Assembly: GCF_000017845.1 (NCBI RefSeq)
Contig: NC_010546.1
Span: forward strand, 3,180,001-3,212,000
DNA from: Crocosphaera subtropica ATCC 51142
GTDB taxonomy: Bacteria; Cyanobacteriota; Cyanobacteriia; Cyanobacteriales; Microcystaceae
Direction of reading: 5' to 3'
Length of the DNA stretch: 32,000 nt
Shown here: one piece after another, positions 23,483-31,406 of the stretch
Numbering within the stretch: the stretch's first letter is position 1
How the letters are laid out: every line of letters starts with the position of its first letter
Position numbers and translations under genes: made by a program
The notes under the pieces: generated by a model
What the model saw: only the letters and a program-made list of their open reading frames with translations
Databases searched by the model: none
Told to the model about the DNA's origin: nothing

Positions 23483-24550
23483 ATGGATTTTAGCTTATTT
23501 TACTTCGATGGTGATGGCTCAGTTGCTCAACCCGATAAATATCGTCTGTTAGTGGAAAGTGCCAAATTTGCCGATCGCCATAATTTTACTGCCCTTTGGA
23601 TACCAGAACGCCATTTTCACGCCTTTGGGGGACTTTATCCTAATCCTTCGGTGGTGAATGCCGCGTTAGCTATGGCCACAGAACGGGTGCAACTTCGGGC
23701 AGGTAGTGTGGTGTTACCCTTGCATCATCCCGTGAGAATTGCTGAAGAATGGGCAGTTGTCGATAATTTATCCAATGGTAGGGTAGCGATCGCTTTTGCA
23801 TCGGGTTGGACGATGGATGAGTTTATTCTTTCCCGTGAACCCCATACTCATCGAAAACAAACCATGTGGCGTGGTATTAAAGCTTTGCAACAGTTATGGC
23901 GAGGGCAAAGTGTGGAATATGCAGATGCCTCCGGCAGAACTGTAGAAGCGAAAATTTTACCGAAACCGATACAATCTGAATTACCGATTTGGATTACCTG
24001 CCAGTCTCCAGAAACCTTTATGGAAGCAGGGAAAATGGGTGCAAATGTCTTAACCTCTTTGTTAGGGGGAACCTTAGAAGAAGTGGAGCCAAAAATTAAG
24101 CTTTATCGTCAGTATTTAGAAAAGTCTGGCCACGATCCTAACAGCAAAAAAGTGACCCTGATGGTACACACCTTTTTGGGAGAAGAAACTGAACAGGTTA
24201 AAGAAAAAGTACAACAACCCTTCTGTCATTATTTGAAAACCCATTATGACCTATTGGAAAATTTAGCTAAGGGTATGGGGTTAAATGTGAGTTTAAAAAA
24301 CTTTTCAGAAGATGATCTTGATAGCTTGTTACTGTTTGGTGTAGAAGGGTTTATGAAAGGACGCTCTTTAATTGGTACACCGCAAACTTGTATTCCTTTT
24401 ATTGAACGTCTTGAACAAGCAGGTATTAACGAAGTAGCTTGTTTAATTGATTTTGTTCAAGATTTTGACGCAGTAATGGAAAGTTTACCCTATTTACAAA
24501 AATTACAAGAAGCAGTTAACTTGAGTTCGGGGTTCGGGGTTCGGAGTTAG
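23483..24550 (+). CDS. Luciferase-like monooxygenase (LLM), natural-product-biosynthesis subtype, standalone
   Basis: N-terminus MDFSLFYFDGDG..YRLLVESAKFADRHNFTALWIPERHFHAFGGLYPNPSV is characteristic of flavin-dependent LLM proteins found with PKS/NRPS. AAGGAG RBS at 23472-23477. Stop TAG 24548-24550 lies inside a heptamer array. Confidence 0.85.
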   Translation: MDFSLFYFDGDGSVAQPDKYRLLVESAKFADRHNFTALWIPERHFHAFGGLYPNPSVVNAALAMATERVQLRAGSVVLPLHHPVRIAEEWAVVDNLSNGRVAIAFASGWTMDEFILSREPHTHRKQTMWRGIKALQQLWRGQSVEYADASGRTVEAKILPKPIQSELPIWITCQSPETFMEAGKMGANVLTSLLGGTLEEVEPKIKLYRQYLEKSGHDPNSKKVTLMVHTFLGEETEQVKEKVQQPFCHYLKTHYDLLENLAKGMGLNVSLKNFSEDDLDSLLLFGVEGFMKGRSLIGTPQTCIPFIERLEQAGINEVACLIDFVQDFDAVMESLPYLQKLQEAVNLSSGFGVRS

Positions 24551-24586
24551 GAGTTCGGGGTTCGGAGTTAGGAGTTCAGAGTGAGA
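24524..24586 (+). repeat. Nine-unit heptanucleotide tandem array (GGGGTTC/GGAGTTA type) spanning the LLM stop codon
   Basis: AGTTCGG GGTTCGG GGTTCGG AGTTAGG AGTTCGG GGTTCGG AGTTAGG AGTTCAG AGTGAGA. Confidence 0.9.
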
Positions 24587-24717
24587 ACATTATTGCGGAT
24601 GCGACCCAACCGTCTTCCTTTATCTCCCCTGCCCCCTCTGCTTACTTCAACTAATAATCTCTATTGTTAATAAACGAGAATTGGTATTAATTATTTCCAT
24701 ACTGTTCATTTTTTAGC

Positions 24718-24786
24718 ATTAATCAAATAGCCTATTTAATTAATTTTGAGCAAGATTTTGACGCAGTAATAGAAAGTTTACCCTAA
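24718..24786 (+). pseudogene. Relic copy of the LLM gene 3' end (22 codons plus stop)
   Basis: Reads INQIAYLINFEQDFDAVIESLP*, against INEVACLIDFVQDFDAVMESLP in the intact gene (24427-24492). Nt 24751-24784 match 24458-24491 at 33 of 34 positions. An upstream in-frame stop lies at 24688-24690. Confidence 0.6.
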
Positions 24787-24959
24787 TTAACTAACACGAA
24801 TTTTAAAAACGTTAAGCTTTTAATTAATGGGAAAATTCCCTAAAAAAAGAAAAAAAAGACCACAAATTTAGACTTTAACTGTGGGAACCTAAGATTTATG
24901 AATTCCGTCATTATTCCTATAAATAGGCTATTATCAAATTTCTTTTGTGGAGACAAGCC

Positions 24960-25400
24960 ATGAAATCCTCAATTATCGCTATTGTAGGACTGCTTAGCCC
25001 TTTCCTGTTGGCCTCTGAAGTTAAAGCAGCTAACCCTGATCATATCGAACAGTTATTATCAACTAGAGAATGTCAAGGTTGCGACTTATCAGGAGCAGAC
25101 CTAACGGCTGCCCATTTAATTGGTGTAGACTTAAGAGATGCTAACCTAACAGGGGCTAATCTAACTGAAGCTAACCTAGAAGGGGCAGACTTGACTGGAG
25201 CAAACTTAAAAGGGGCAGACCTCAGTGCTTCTATGCTGACCAATGCTACCCTTAATGATAGCATTCTTGATAATGTCAACCTCACCAAAGCAATGGTTTA
25301 TGATGTTGATGTCGCTGGTGCCTCTATGATGGCTTTAATCATCGATGAAGCACAGATTTTCCACACTGGAATTAGTGTGGGTGGAGAGTCACCTGAATAA
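24960..25400 (+). CDS. Pentapeptide-repeat protein with N-terminal signal peptide (lumenal/periplasmic Rfr-type)
   Basis: Tandem A(D/N)LxG pentapeptides (ADLTAAHLIGVDLRDANLTGANLTEANLEGADLTGANLKGADL). Hydrophobic leader MKSSIIAIVGLLSPFLLASEVKA. ATG 24960 is preferred over the in-frame TTG 24945 because GGAGA (24949-24953) lies 6 nt upstream of the ATG. Confidence 0.85.
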   Translation: MKSSIIAIVGLLSPFLLASEVKAANPDHIEQLLSTRECQGCDLSGADLTAAHLIGVDLRDANLTGANLTEANLEGADLTGANLKGADLSASMLTNATLNDSILDNVNLTKAMVYDVDVAGASMMALIIDEAQIFHTGISVGGESPE

Positions 25401-25436
25401 GCTATTGATCATTTACATTACGAGTTGACACTGCAT

Positions 25437-25457
25437 GGAAGCAGGAAGCACAGGGAA
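25437..25457 (+). repeat. Short heptamer tract (GGAAGCA x2 plus a degenerate unit), intergenic
   Basis: GGAAGCA GGAAGCA CAGGGAA, just downstream of the pentapeptide-repeat gene. Confidence 0.5.
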
Positions 25458-25702
25458 AAAGGATTTAAACCTTTGTACTCAAACTTTAATACCCTGTTTA
25501 AATGCACAACAGCTTAATTCCTTGGTCCTATTTTTGGTGATTGTTTCAGTGATCTTATCTCCTCCACATTTTTCTAAAAATCTATTATATTAATTAATCT
25601 AAATTAGTAAATCTTTATCCCCTACTCTACTAAAATTTACTTTTGTCTGATTGAGAGATAATTCGTTATCATTGAAACTATCGTTACTTACTATATTTTC
25701 TC

Positions 25703-26164
25703 ATGGCAGTTGAACAAAATAAGAAAACTCAAGGATTAACCGTCGGATGTTTAGAACGAGTTCATCATATTGCTTTAAATGTTAAAAATATGACAGCTTC
25801 CCGTCACTTTTACGGTGAAGTTTTGGGACTCCATGAATTAACTGGGGATGAAGTTCCCAGTACCCTTAAAGACTTAGTTGCTCAAGGAAAAGTTGCTAAT
25901 TTCATCACCCCTGATGGACTGATTTTAGACTTATTTTGGGAACCTGATTTATTCCCCCCTCATACTGATCCTAAACAACAATTCACAAGAGCCAATCATT
26001 TAGCGTTTCACATTGATGCTGAATTATTTGATCAGGCTGTGAACGTGTTAAAAAATAATCAAATTATGATCGATCATGGACCAGTTAGTCGTCCCACAGG
26101 AAGAGGAATTTATTTTTATGATCCTGATGGTTTTATGGTAGAAATACGCTGCGATCCTCAATAA
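25703..26164 (+). CDS. VOC family protein (glyoxalase / bleomycin-resistance / dioxygenase fold)
   Basis: VHHIALNVKNMTASRHFYGEVLGL at the N-terminus and GRGIYFYDPDGFMVEI at the C-terminus are typical VOC beta-alpha-beta-beta-beta module signatures. Confidence 0.8.
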   Translation: MAVEQNKKTQGLTVGCLERVHHIALNVKNMTASRHFYGEVLGLHELTGDEVPSTLKDLVAQGKVANFITPDGLILDLFWEPDLFPPHTDPKQQFTRANHLAFHIDAELFDQAVNVLKNNQIMIDHGPVSRPTGRGIYFYDPDGFMVEIRCDPQ

Positions 26165-26280
26165 TAAAAAAAGCTCAGACTGTAGGCTTCGATCTTGTTC
26201 CTCATTCCTCTAGTTGCTGAATGTGTTTCTTAAGAGTTTTTCCTATCTTCATTAGTAGTCTATAACAACTGGATTTAGTA

Positions 26281-27618
26281 TTAGTAAATATCATTAGTGG
26301 TTTGATTCAATAAAGGTTGATTACTGGGCATCACTAAAACTTTATCAACACGATTGCCATCCATGTCCATCACTTCAAATTTTAAGCCTTTCCAATTAAA
26401 ACTATCAGCTGCTTTAGGAATTTTACCTAAATAAGTAATAATAAAACCCCCTAAAGTATGAAAGTTACCCTGTTTTTCTCCAGGAATCATATTCAGTCTA
26501 AATATTTTTTTGAACTCATCTACCCCTACTGTTCCATCCATTAACCACGATCCATCTTCTCGACGAACAATAGAAGGAATAACCGTTTGATCAATGCGAG
26601 GAATATCACCAACAATGGCTTTTAACATATCATTAATAGTGACTAATCCTTGAATAATTCCGTATTCATCCACCACTAAAGCAATATGATTTCCTGTTTG
26701 CTGGAATAATTGTAACACTTTTAATCCCAGGGTACTATCAGGAACAAATAAAGGTTGTCCCAGGGATGCGGTTAAATCAAACTGTTGACAAGATAAACAA
26801 TGAGACAATAAATTAGTCACCTGCACAATGCCTAAAACCTCTTCTAAACTGCCTTGACATACAGGAAAACGAGTATGGGTACTATGTACAACTTTGTGAC
26901 GATTAATCTCAGCCGAATCTTCTAGATTTAACCAGACAATTTCAGGGCGAGTTGTCATTAAACTGCTTACTCTGCGATCGCCTAATTGTAAAACCCTTTC
27001 TACCATATCCTGTTCCACTTCTTCAAACATTCCCGCTTCTTTTCCCTGTTTCAACATGACTTTAATTTCTTCTTGAGTCACAGGGGGTTCAGTAATTGTG
27101 GTGGTAATGCCCAAAAAAGACAAAATAAAATCCGTAGAAGCCCCTAATAAATTAACAATAGGGGAAACAAAACGAGAGACACATAACAAGGGAACAGCCA
27201 TTAATGTGGCAAGTCCTTCGGGATCACTTAACGCTAAACGCTTGGGAACTAATTCCCCAATGACTAAGGATAAATAAGTTAAACACAGAACAACCAGGGT
27301 GATAGCAATGGTTTCACTATGAACCATTAAGCCAGGAACACGCTGTAAAATGACCGTTAGATGTGCCGATAGGTTTGCTCCTCCATAAACCCCTGCTAAA
27401 ATGCCAATGAGGGTAATGCCAATTTGTACCGTAGATAACACTTGGTTAGGGTCATTGGCTAATTCTAAAGCAATTTTTGCCCGTCGATCGCCTTGGAGAC
27501 TCATTTGTTCTAAACGAATTTTGCGAGAGGAGACTAACGCTATTTCCGATAGGGCAAAGATAGCGTTAAATAAAATCAACAGAAGGATAACGAGAAGTTC
27601 ACTTGCGATCGAAACCAT
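26281..27618 (-). CDS. Hemolysin-family / CNNM (DUF21)-CBS pair-CorC_HlyC domain membrane protein
   Basis: N-terminal TM region with LSEIALVSSRK (DUF21-like). Central CBS-pair-like segment (VMTTRPEIVWL..., ALVVDEYGIIQGLVTINDML). C-terminal transporter-associated domain (DGSWLMDGTVGVDEF...GNRVDKVLV). Confidence 0.85.
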   Translation of the reverse strand: MVSIASELLVILLLILFNAIFALSEIALVSSRKIRLEQMSLQGDRRAKIALELANDPNQVLSTVQIGITLIGILAGVYGGANLSAHLTVILQRVPGLMVHSETIAITLVVLCLTYLSLVIGELVPKRLALSDPEGLATLMAVPLLCVSRFVSPIVNLLGASTDFILSFLGITTTITEPPVTQEEIKVMLKQGKEAGMFEEVEQDMVERVLQLGDRRVSSLMTTRPEIVWLNLEDSAEINRHKVVHSTHTRFPVCQGSLEEVLGIVQVTNLLSHCLSCQQFDLTASLGQPLFVPDSTLGLKVLQLFQQTGNHIALVVDEYGIIQGLVTINDMLKAIVGDIPRIDQTVIPSIVRREDGSWLMDGTVGVDEFKKIFRLNMIPGEKQGNFHTLGGFIITYLGKIPKAADSFNWKGLKFEVMDMDGNRVDKVLVMPSNQPLLNQTTNDIY

Positions 27619-27837
27619 AGAAACTTGATCTCAGCTTGAGTTCAAGATAGCTGATCACTTCTAGTATCAACCATTAATCCCCCGAAAAACAGGGTAATCC
27701 TTAGTTAAATTTTTATGAAGTCCTGACATTTATCAGATAAAAATGTAACAATAGATACAGAAAAGATTTGAAAATTCCTCAATCTTCCCATCTTATTAGG
27801 GAACCCTGGGGAAACAGCAATCGGAGGAAAATAAAGT

Positions 27838-28020
27838 ATGAAACTTTTATTTCGTGGAATCAGCTATAATCATGACCCTGTTATCGTAGAAACCACCAAT
27901 ACGGAGCTTGAAGGAACTTATCGGGGTGTTCATTGGAAAAATCACCCTTATGCTAAGCCTCGTCATGGTCATGGTCTTAAGCAGATGACCTATCGTGGTA
28001 TCCATTATGTACAAAATTAA
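27838..28020 (+). CDS. DUF4278 domain-containing small protein
   Basis: MKLLFRGISYNHDPVIVET...YRGVHW...MTYRGIHY repeats the (Y/F)RG(I/V)xY pattern I associate with cyanobacterial DUF4278. GGAGG at 27823-27827. Confidence 0.65.
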   Translation: MKLLFRGISYNHDPVIVETTNTELEGTYRGVHWKNHPYAKPRHGHGLKQMTYRGIHYVQN

Positions 28021-28079
28021 CTTTTTTTACTTTCAGTGTTTTGATGCCAATTTGACATAACTTTTTAGGAACAGTAGAT

Positions 28080-28484
28080 ATGAATTTTTCAGAACGTCGT
28101 TTTAGAGGGGATGATCAGTCTAATGCTTTAGATGTGGGTTATAAAACCATCATCGAAAGGCATCGTAAACAACGATGGAAATACGAATATCCTCGACATA
28201 TGAGACCCCCTATTTGTACTTTATCTCAAGGGGAAAGAATGACTCATTATCCTGTGGAGTCTCCTGTGATGGTTCCACAGCCATTAGAAGGTCAAGTTTG
28301 TCCAATTTCCACACAACCGCCAGCAATGTATCCTGTGAATGAAGTGACTAAAACCCACTTAGAAAATGTGTGTCGAAACCTAGAACGACGACTGAAAAAA
28401 GCTCAACTGAAAGGAGATGAGTGGTTAATTAGTTTATTAGAGAAAGAATTTCAGGATATGGGTCAATTGTGCGTTTATTCTTAG
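28080..28484 (+). CDS. Hypothetical protein (134 aa)
   Basis: Open frame followed by a strong hairpin terminator. No family recognised, apart from a C-terminal helical segment (NVCRNLERRLKKAQLKGDEWLISLLEKEF). Confidence 0.5.
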   Translation: MNFSERRFRGDDQSNALDVGYKTIIERHRKQRWKYEYPRHMRPPICTLSQGERMTHYPVESPVMVPQPLEGQVCPISTQPPAMYPVNEVTKTHLENVCRNLERRLKKAQLKGDEWLISLLEKEFQDMGQLCVYS

Positions 28485-28506
28485 ATTTTCGTGAAGAGAA
28501 TTTAAA

Positions 28507-28530
28507 CCCCATCTAATCTGTTAGATGGGG
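28507..28530. terminator. Bidirectional intrinsic terminator hairpin between convergent genes
   Basis: Perfect 10-bp stem CCCCATCTAA / TTAGATGGGG with loop TCTG. Followed by a T-rich run (ACTATTTTTAATATTTTTTT) and preceded by TTTAAA on the other strand. Confidence 0.75.
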
Positions 28531-28565
28531 ACTATTTTTAATATTTTTTTAATGTAGTAGATTAA

Positions 28566-29036
28566 TTAATTGTTTTTGGCTTCTTGTTTAGCACTGCGCC
28601 AAGCTTGAATAGTACGACCCAAATTTTGGGTAAATTCTTGCCATCCCCACCAACCACCAACACGGTGTTCATCCCAGGAAGACGAAAAAATACCATAGCT
28701 TAATCCTAATACCCCTAAGCCAAACAGTCCTAAACTGACAGCACCAACGGCAGAGGTGGGAATATCTAACCAGTCATGACTGACGATCCAATAGAAGACG
28801 AAAAATGAAGACATTCCTAGTCCTGTGGGAATACCTGAAAAAATAGCCATCCGTTTGATCATTCTTTTACTAACGCTGTCAGGAATTGCGCTAAGACTGG
28901 CATCATTAGAGCGTTTTTTAGGTTTTTCAGGGGTTTTAACCGAGTTTGTATCAGTTGCTAGGGCTTTTTTTTCTTTCTTCTTTTTTTTCTGACGAGGTTC
29001 AAAGGGGATAGAGTTCCGTGGGGAGTTGGCTGCCAT
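28566..29036 (-). CDS. PAM68-like (DUF3464) thylakoid membrane protein
   Basis: Basic Lys-rich N-terminus, then two TM helices (AIFSGIPTGLGMSSFFVFYWIV; AVSLGLFGLGVLGLSYGIF) and a SSSWDE...GWWGWQEF tail, as in the cyanobacterial/plant PAM68 family. Confidence 0.7.
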   Translation of the reverse strand: MAANSPRNSIPFEPRQKKKKKEKKALATDTNSVKTPEKPKKRSNDASLSAIPDSVSKRMIKRMAIFSGIPTGLGMSSFFVFYWIVSHDWLDIPTSAVGAVSLGLFGLGVLGLSYGIFSSSWDEHRVGGWWGWQEFTQNLGRTIQAWRSAKQEAKNN

Positions 29037-29314
29037 AAGTCTTGAATTGAAATAAAAAATAAAAATGTGATTAGTAACACACTTTCGTTGATTTTAACTT
29101 ACTGTAGCGATTAATAGCTATTTTATCAGTGATCTATGATTGGTAACGGTTCCCTAACGTTTATTTTTGTCTAGGGACTTACTCCCCACACTCACGCTGA
29201 CTGAAATTTTGATACACTCAACTGAAAACGGCTCTTATACGGTACGTTATCCGTCTTAAGAATTAGGTAACCCTCATCTATACTGGATGCCATAAGAATT
29301 TAAAGATAAGCATT

Positions 29315-30532
29315 ATGAAACTTTCAGATCATCTTAAAATGGCTACCTCTGCCATCTTATCTCATAAACTCCGTAGCGGTTTAACCATGCTAGGAATTAT
29401 CATCGGCAACGCTTCGGTGATCGGTATGGTTGCTGTGGGAGAAGGGGCCAGAAAAGCAACCGCAGAACAATTTGAAGCCCTAGGTCCTAATGTTTTATTT
29501 GTTAGCTTATCTTCTGCTCGTGTGAGACGGACATTATCCTCAGAAGCCAAGCCTCTTTTACTCGAAGATGCAGAAGCCATCGGTGAATTAATTCCTAATT
29601 TAACGAATATTGCTCCAGAAATCCATATTAATCAATTAATTACTTATCAAGATGAAATTCTTGACACCTCCATCACGGGAACCACTCCTGACTATCTTCC
29701 CGTGAGAAATTTTAAAATAGAAAAAGGGCGTTTTATTAATAATATTGATGTTCAACGCAATAAAAGGGTTGTCGTTTTAGGAGCAGAAATTGTCGAAAAA
29801 CTGTTCAATAATAAAAATCCCATTGGAAAACAAATTAGAATTAAAAATACAACCTTTGAGGTGATTGGTACGTTAGCTAAAAAAGGAGCTTTATTTGACT
29901 CTAATCAAGATAATAAAGTCATTGTTCCTATCACTACGGCTCAACATCAATTAAGGGGCTGGAATTCTCCCTACGGTATCGTCTTAAATACCATTGCTTT
30001 ACTAGCAAAAGATCAAAACAGTGTAGATGCTGTAAAATTTCAAGTCAAAAATTTAATGTTATTACGTCATGGAACAAGTCGGGAGAATGATGTTAAGATT
30101 TTTTCTCAAAATTCTTTATTAAACATGGCAGAGGAAACCAATGCAGGATTAAAACAAATGTTAGGAGCGATCGCTTTTATTTCTTTATTGGTAGGTGGTA
30201 TTGGGGTCATGAATATTATGTTAGTTTCTGTGAAAGAGAGAACGGGAGAAATTGGACTTAGAAAAGCTTTAGGAGCCACACCAAAAGATATTTTAGGACA
30301 ATTTATCTTAGAAGCTATTTTGTTAGCAACCTTTGGCAGTTTGCTGGGGATTAAGGTTGGGTTAGGGGGTGTTTTTATTGCTCATCTTTTCTTTTCTATT
30401 GCAGCAAGCATTTCTATTCCATCTATTATTATCGCTGTTAGTGTTTCAGGTAGTGTTGGCTTGTTTTTTGGGGTTTTCCCTGCTCAGCAAGCAGCCAAAC
30501 TCGATCCCATTATTGCCTTAAAGAGTTATTAA
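29315..30532 (+). CDS. ABC transporter permease, MacB/FtsX (DevC-like) family
   Basis: N-terminal HKLRSGLTMLGIIIGNASVI helix, a large extracytoplasmic domain, and a C-terminal FtsX-type 3-TM bundle with ERTGEIGLRKALGATPKDIL. Confidence 0.88.
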   Translation: MKLSDHLKMATSAILSHKLRSGLTMLGIIIGNASVIGMVAVGEGARKATAEQFEALGPNVLFVSLSSARVRRTLSSEAKPLLLEDAEAIGELIPNLTNIAPEIHINQLITYQDEILDTSITGTTPDYLPVRNFKIEKGRFINNIDVQRNKRVVVLGAEIVEKLFNNKNPIGKQIRIKNTTFEVIGTLAKKGALFDSNQDNKVIVPITTAQHQLRGWNSPYGIVLNTIALLAKDQNSVDAVKFQVKNLMLLRHGTSRENDVKIFSQNSLLNMAEETNAGLKQMLGAIAFISLLVGGIGVMNIMLVSVKERTGEIGLRKALGATPKDILGQFILEAILLATFGSLLGIKVGLGGVFIAHLFFSIAASISIPSIIIAVSVSGSVGLFFGVFPAQQAAKLDPIIALKSY

Positions 30533-30578
30533 TTGAAACCAGACTGTTATAATAATGAAGTAATTTTAAAAACTGATA

Positions 30579-31382
30579 ATGCACTTTTCTAATATTGCTT
30601 TAACCATTGCTGGATCGGATAGTGGAGGAGGAGCAGGAATTCAAGCTGACTTAAGAACGTTTGCTTTTCATTGTGTTCATGGAACCAGTGTCATTACCTG
30701 TATTACGGCTCAAAATACCCTAGGGGTTGCTAAGGTTCAAAGAATCAATTCGGACCTAGTCAAAGCGCAAATTGAAGCAGTCATGACGGATATTAATGTG
30801 CAAGCAGTTAAAACAGGAATGTTATTTAATCAAGATATTATTTTAACGGTTTCTCAACAGATTAAACAATGGAAATTAAATACATTAGTGGTTGATCCTG
30901 TGATGGTTTCTCGGACAGGAGCTATGTTAATTGATGACCTAGCGATCGCCAGCTTGAAAACTAATTTAATTCCTCAAGCTTTAATTGTAACCCCTAATCG
31001 GTATGAAGCACAAATTTTAAGCAATTTATCTATTAATTCCTTAGAAGATATGAAAAAAGCAGCCCAAATCATTCATAACTTAGGGTGTAAATTTGTCTTA
31101 GTCAAAGGGGGAGCAATGAAAGATAAATTACAAGGGGTTGATGTTTGGTTTGATGGCAAACATTGGGAAATTTTAACCACAGAAATCGTTAGAACCCAAC
31201 ACACTCATGGGACTGGGTGTACCCTGTCAGCAGCGATCGCTGCTAATTTAACGTTAGAAAAAGAGCCTTTTTTAGCAGTAAAACACGCCAAAAATTATGT
31301 GACAACTGCTTTAAAATACTCTTTAAATATTGGACAAGGAACAGGACCAGTTGGACACTTTTTTCCTTTACTAACTATGTAG
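30579..31382 (+). CDS. thiD: Bifunctional hydroxymethylpyrimidine kinase / phosphomethylpyrimidine kinase
   Basis: ALTIAGSDSGGGAGIQADLRTF, VKTGML, VVDPVMVS and THGTGCTLSAAIAA are canonical ThiD/PdxK-family motifs. Confidence 0.9.
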   Translation: MHFSNIALTIAGSDSGGGAGIQADLRTFAFHCVHGTSVITCITAQNTLGVAKVQRINSDLVKAQIEAVMTDINVQAVKTGMLFNQDIILTVSQQIKQWKLNTLVVDPVMVSRTGAMLIDDLAIASLKTNLIPQALIVTPNRYEAQILSNLSINSLEDMKKAAQIIHNLGCKFVLVKGGAMKDKLQGVDVWFDGKHWEILTTEIVRTQHTHGTGCTLSAAIAANLTLEKEPFLAVKHAKNYVTTALKYSLNIGQGTGPVGHFFPLLTM

Positions 31383-31406
31383 ACTTTACTAATAATTTAA
31401 CCTTAA

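Noticed and set aside
24524-24586. Tandem array considered as a CRISPR
   Set aside because: The period is 7 nt with no spacers and no cas genes nearby. It is a heptanucleotide microsatellite-like array.
24725-24932. Near-palindromic 13-mers AAATAGCCTATTT (24725-24737) and AAATAGGCTATTA (24921-24933), considered as MITE ends or paired operator sites
   Set aside because: They are short, AT-rich and self-palindromic, so an inverted match is nearly automatic. The first lies inside the LLM relic. Evidence is insufficient.
24945-24947. TTG start for the pentapeptide-repeat gene
   Set aside because: The in-frame ATG at 24960 has a GGAGA 6 nt upstream and yields a clean signal peptide (MKSS...). 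The TTG start is possible but less likely.
25073-25288. Antisense 71-aa ORF opposite the pentapeptide-repeat gene
   Set aside because: The periodic repeat DNA stays open on the opposite strand, and its product (repeated APVRLAS-type sequence) mirrors the repeat. A shadow ORF.
27401-27628. 75-aa plus-strand ORF opposite the N-terminus of the hemolysin-family gene, and 29362-29580 opposite the MacB-type permease
   Set aside because: Both are embedded in well-supported genes with no supporting signals.
27745-27758. GTAACAATAGATAC, which matches the NtcA consensus GTA-N8-TAC, in the divergent promoter region between the hemolysin-family and DUF4278 genes
   Set aside because: The 6-base consensus is expected by chance several times in 32 kb. 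I could not find a convincing TAN3T -10 box at the required ~22-nt spacing in either direction.
28965-28988. Two T8 homopolymer runs (A8 on the coding strand) in the Lys-rich N-terminus of the PAM68-like gene, considered as a phase-variation switch
   Set aside because: They simply encode the KKKKKEKK basic tract. There is no evidence of variability from a single sequence, and the gene is housekeeping in character.
29040-29314. 275-nt divergent intergenic region scanned for tRNA/ncRNA or a clear promoter (for example TATACT at ~29280)
   Set aside because: No cloverleaf-compatible or extended stem structures were found. A -10-like hexamer alone is not enough to call a promoter.
30533-30578. 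Possible TPP riboswitch upstream of thiD
   Set aside because: Only 46 nt separate thiD from the preceding gene, and no THI-box-like CUGAGA / conserved stem elements are present.
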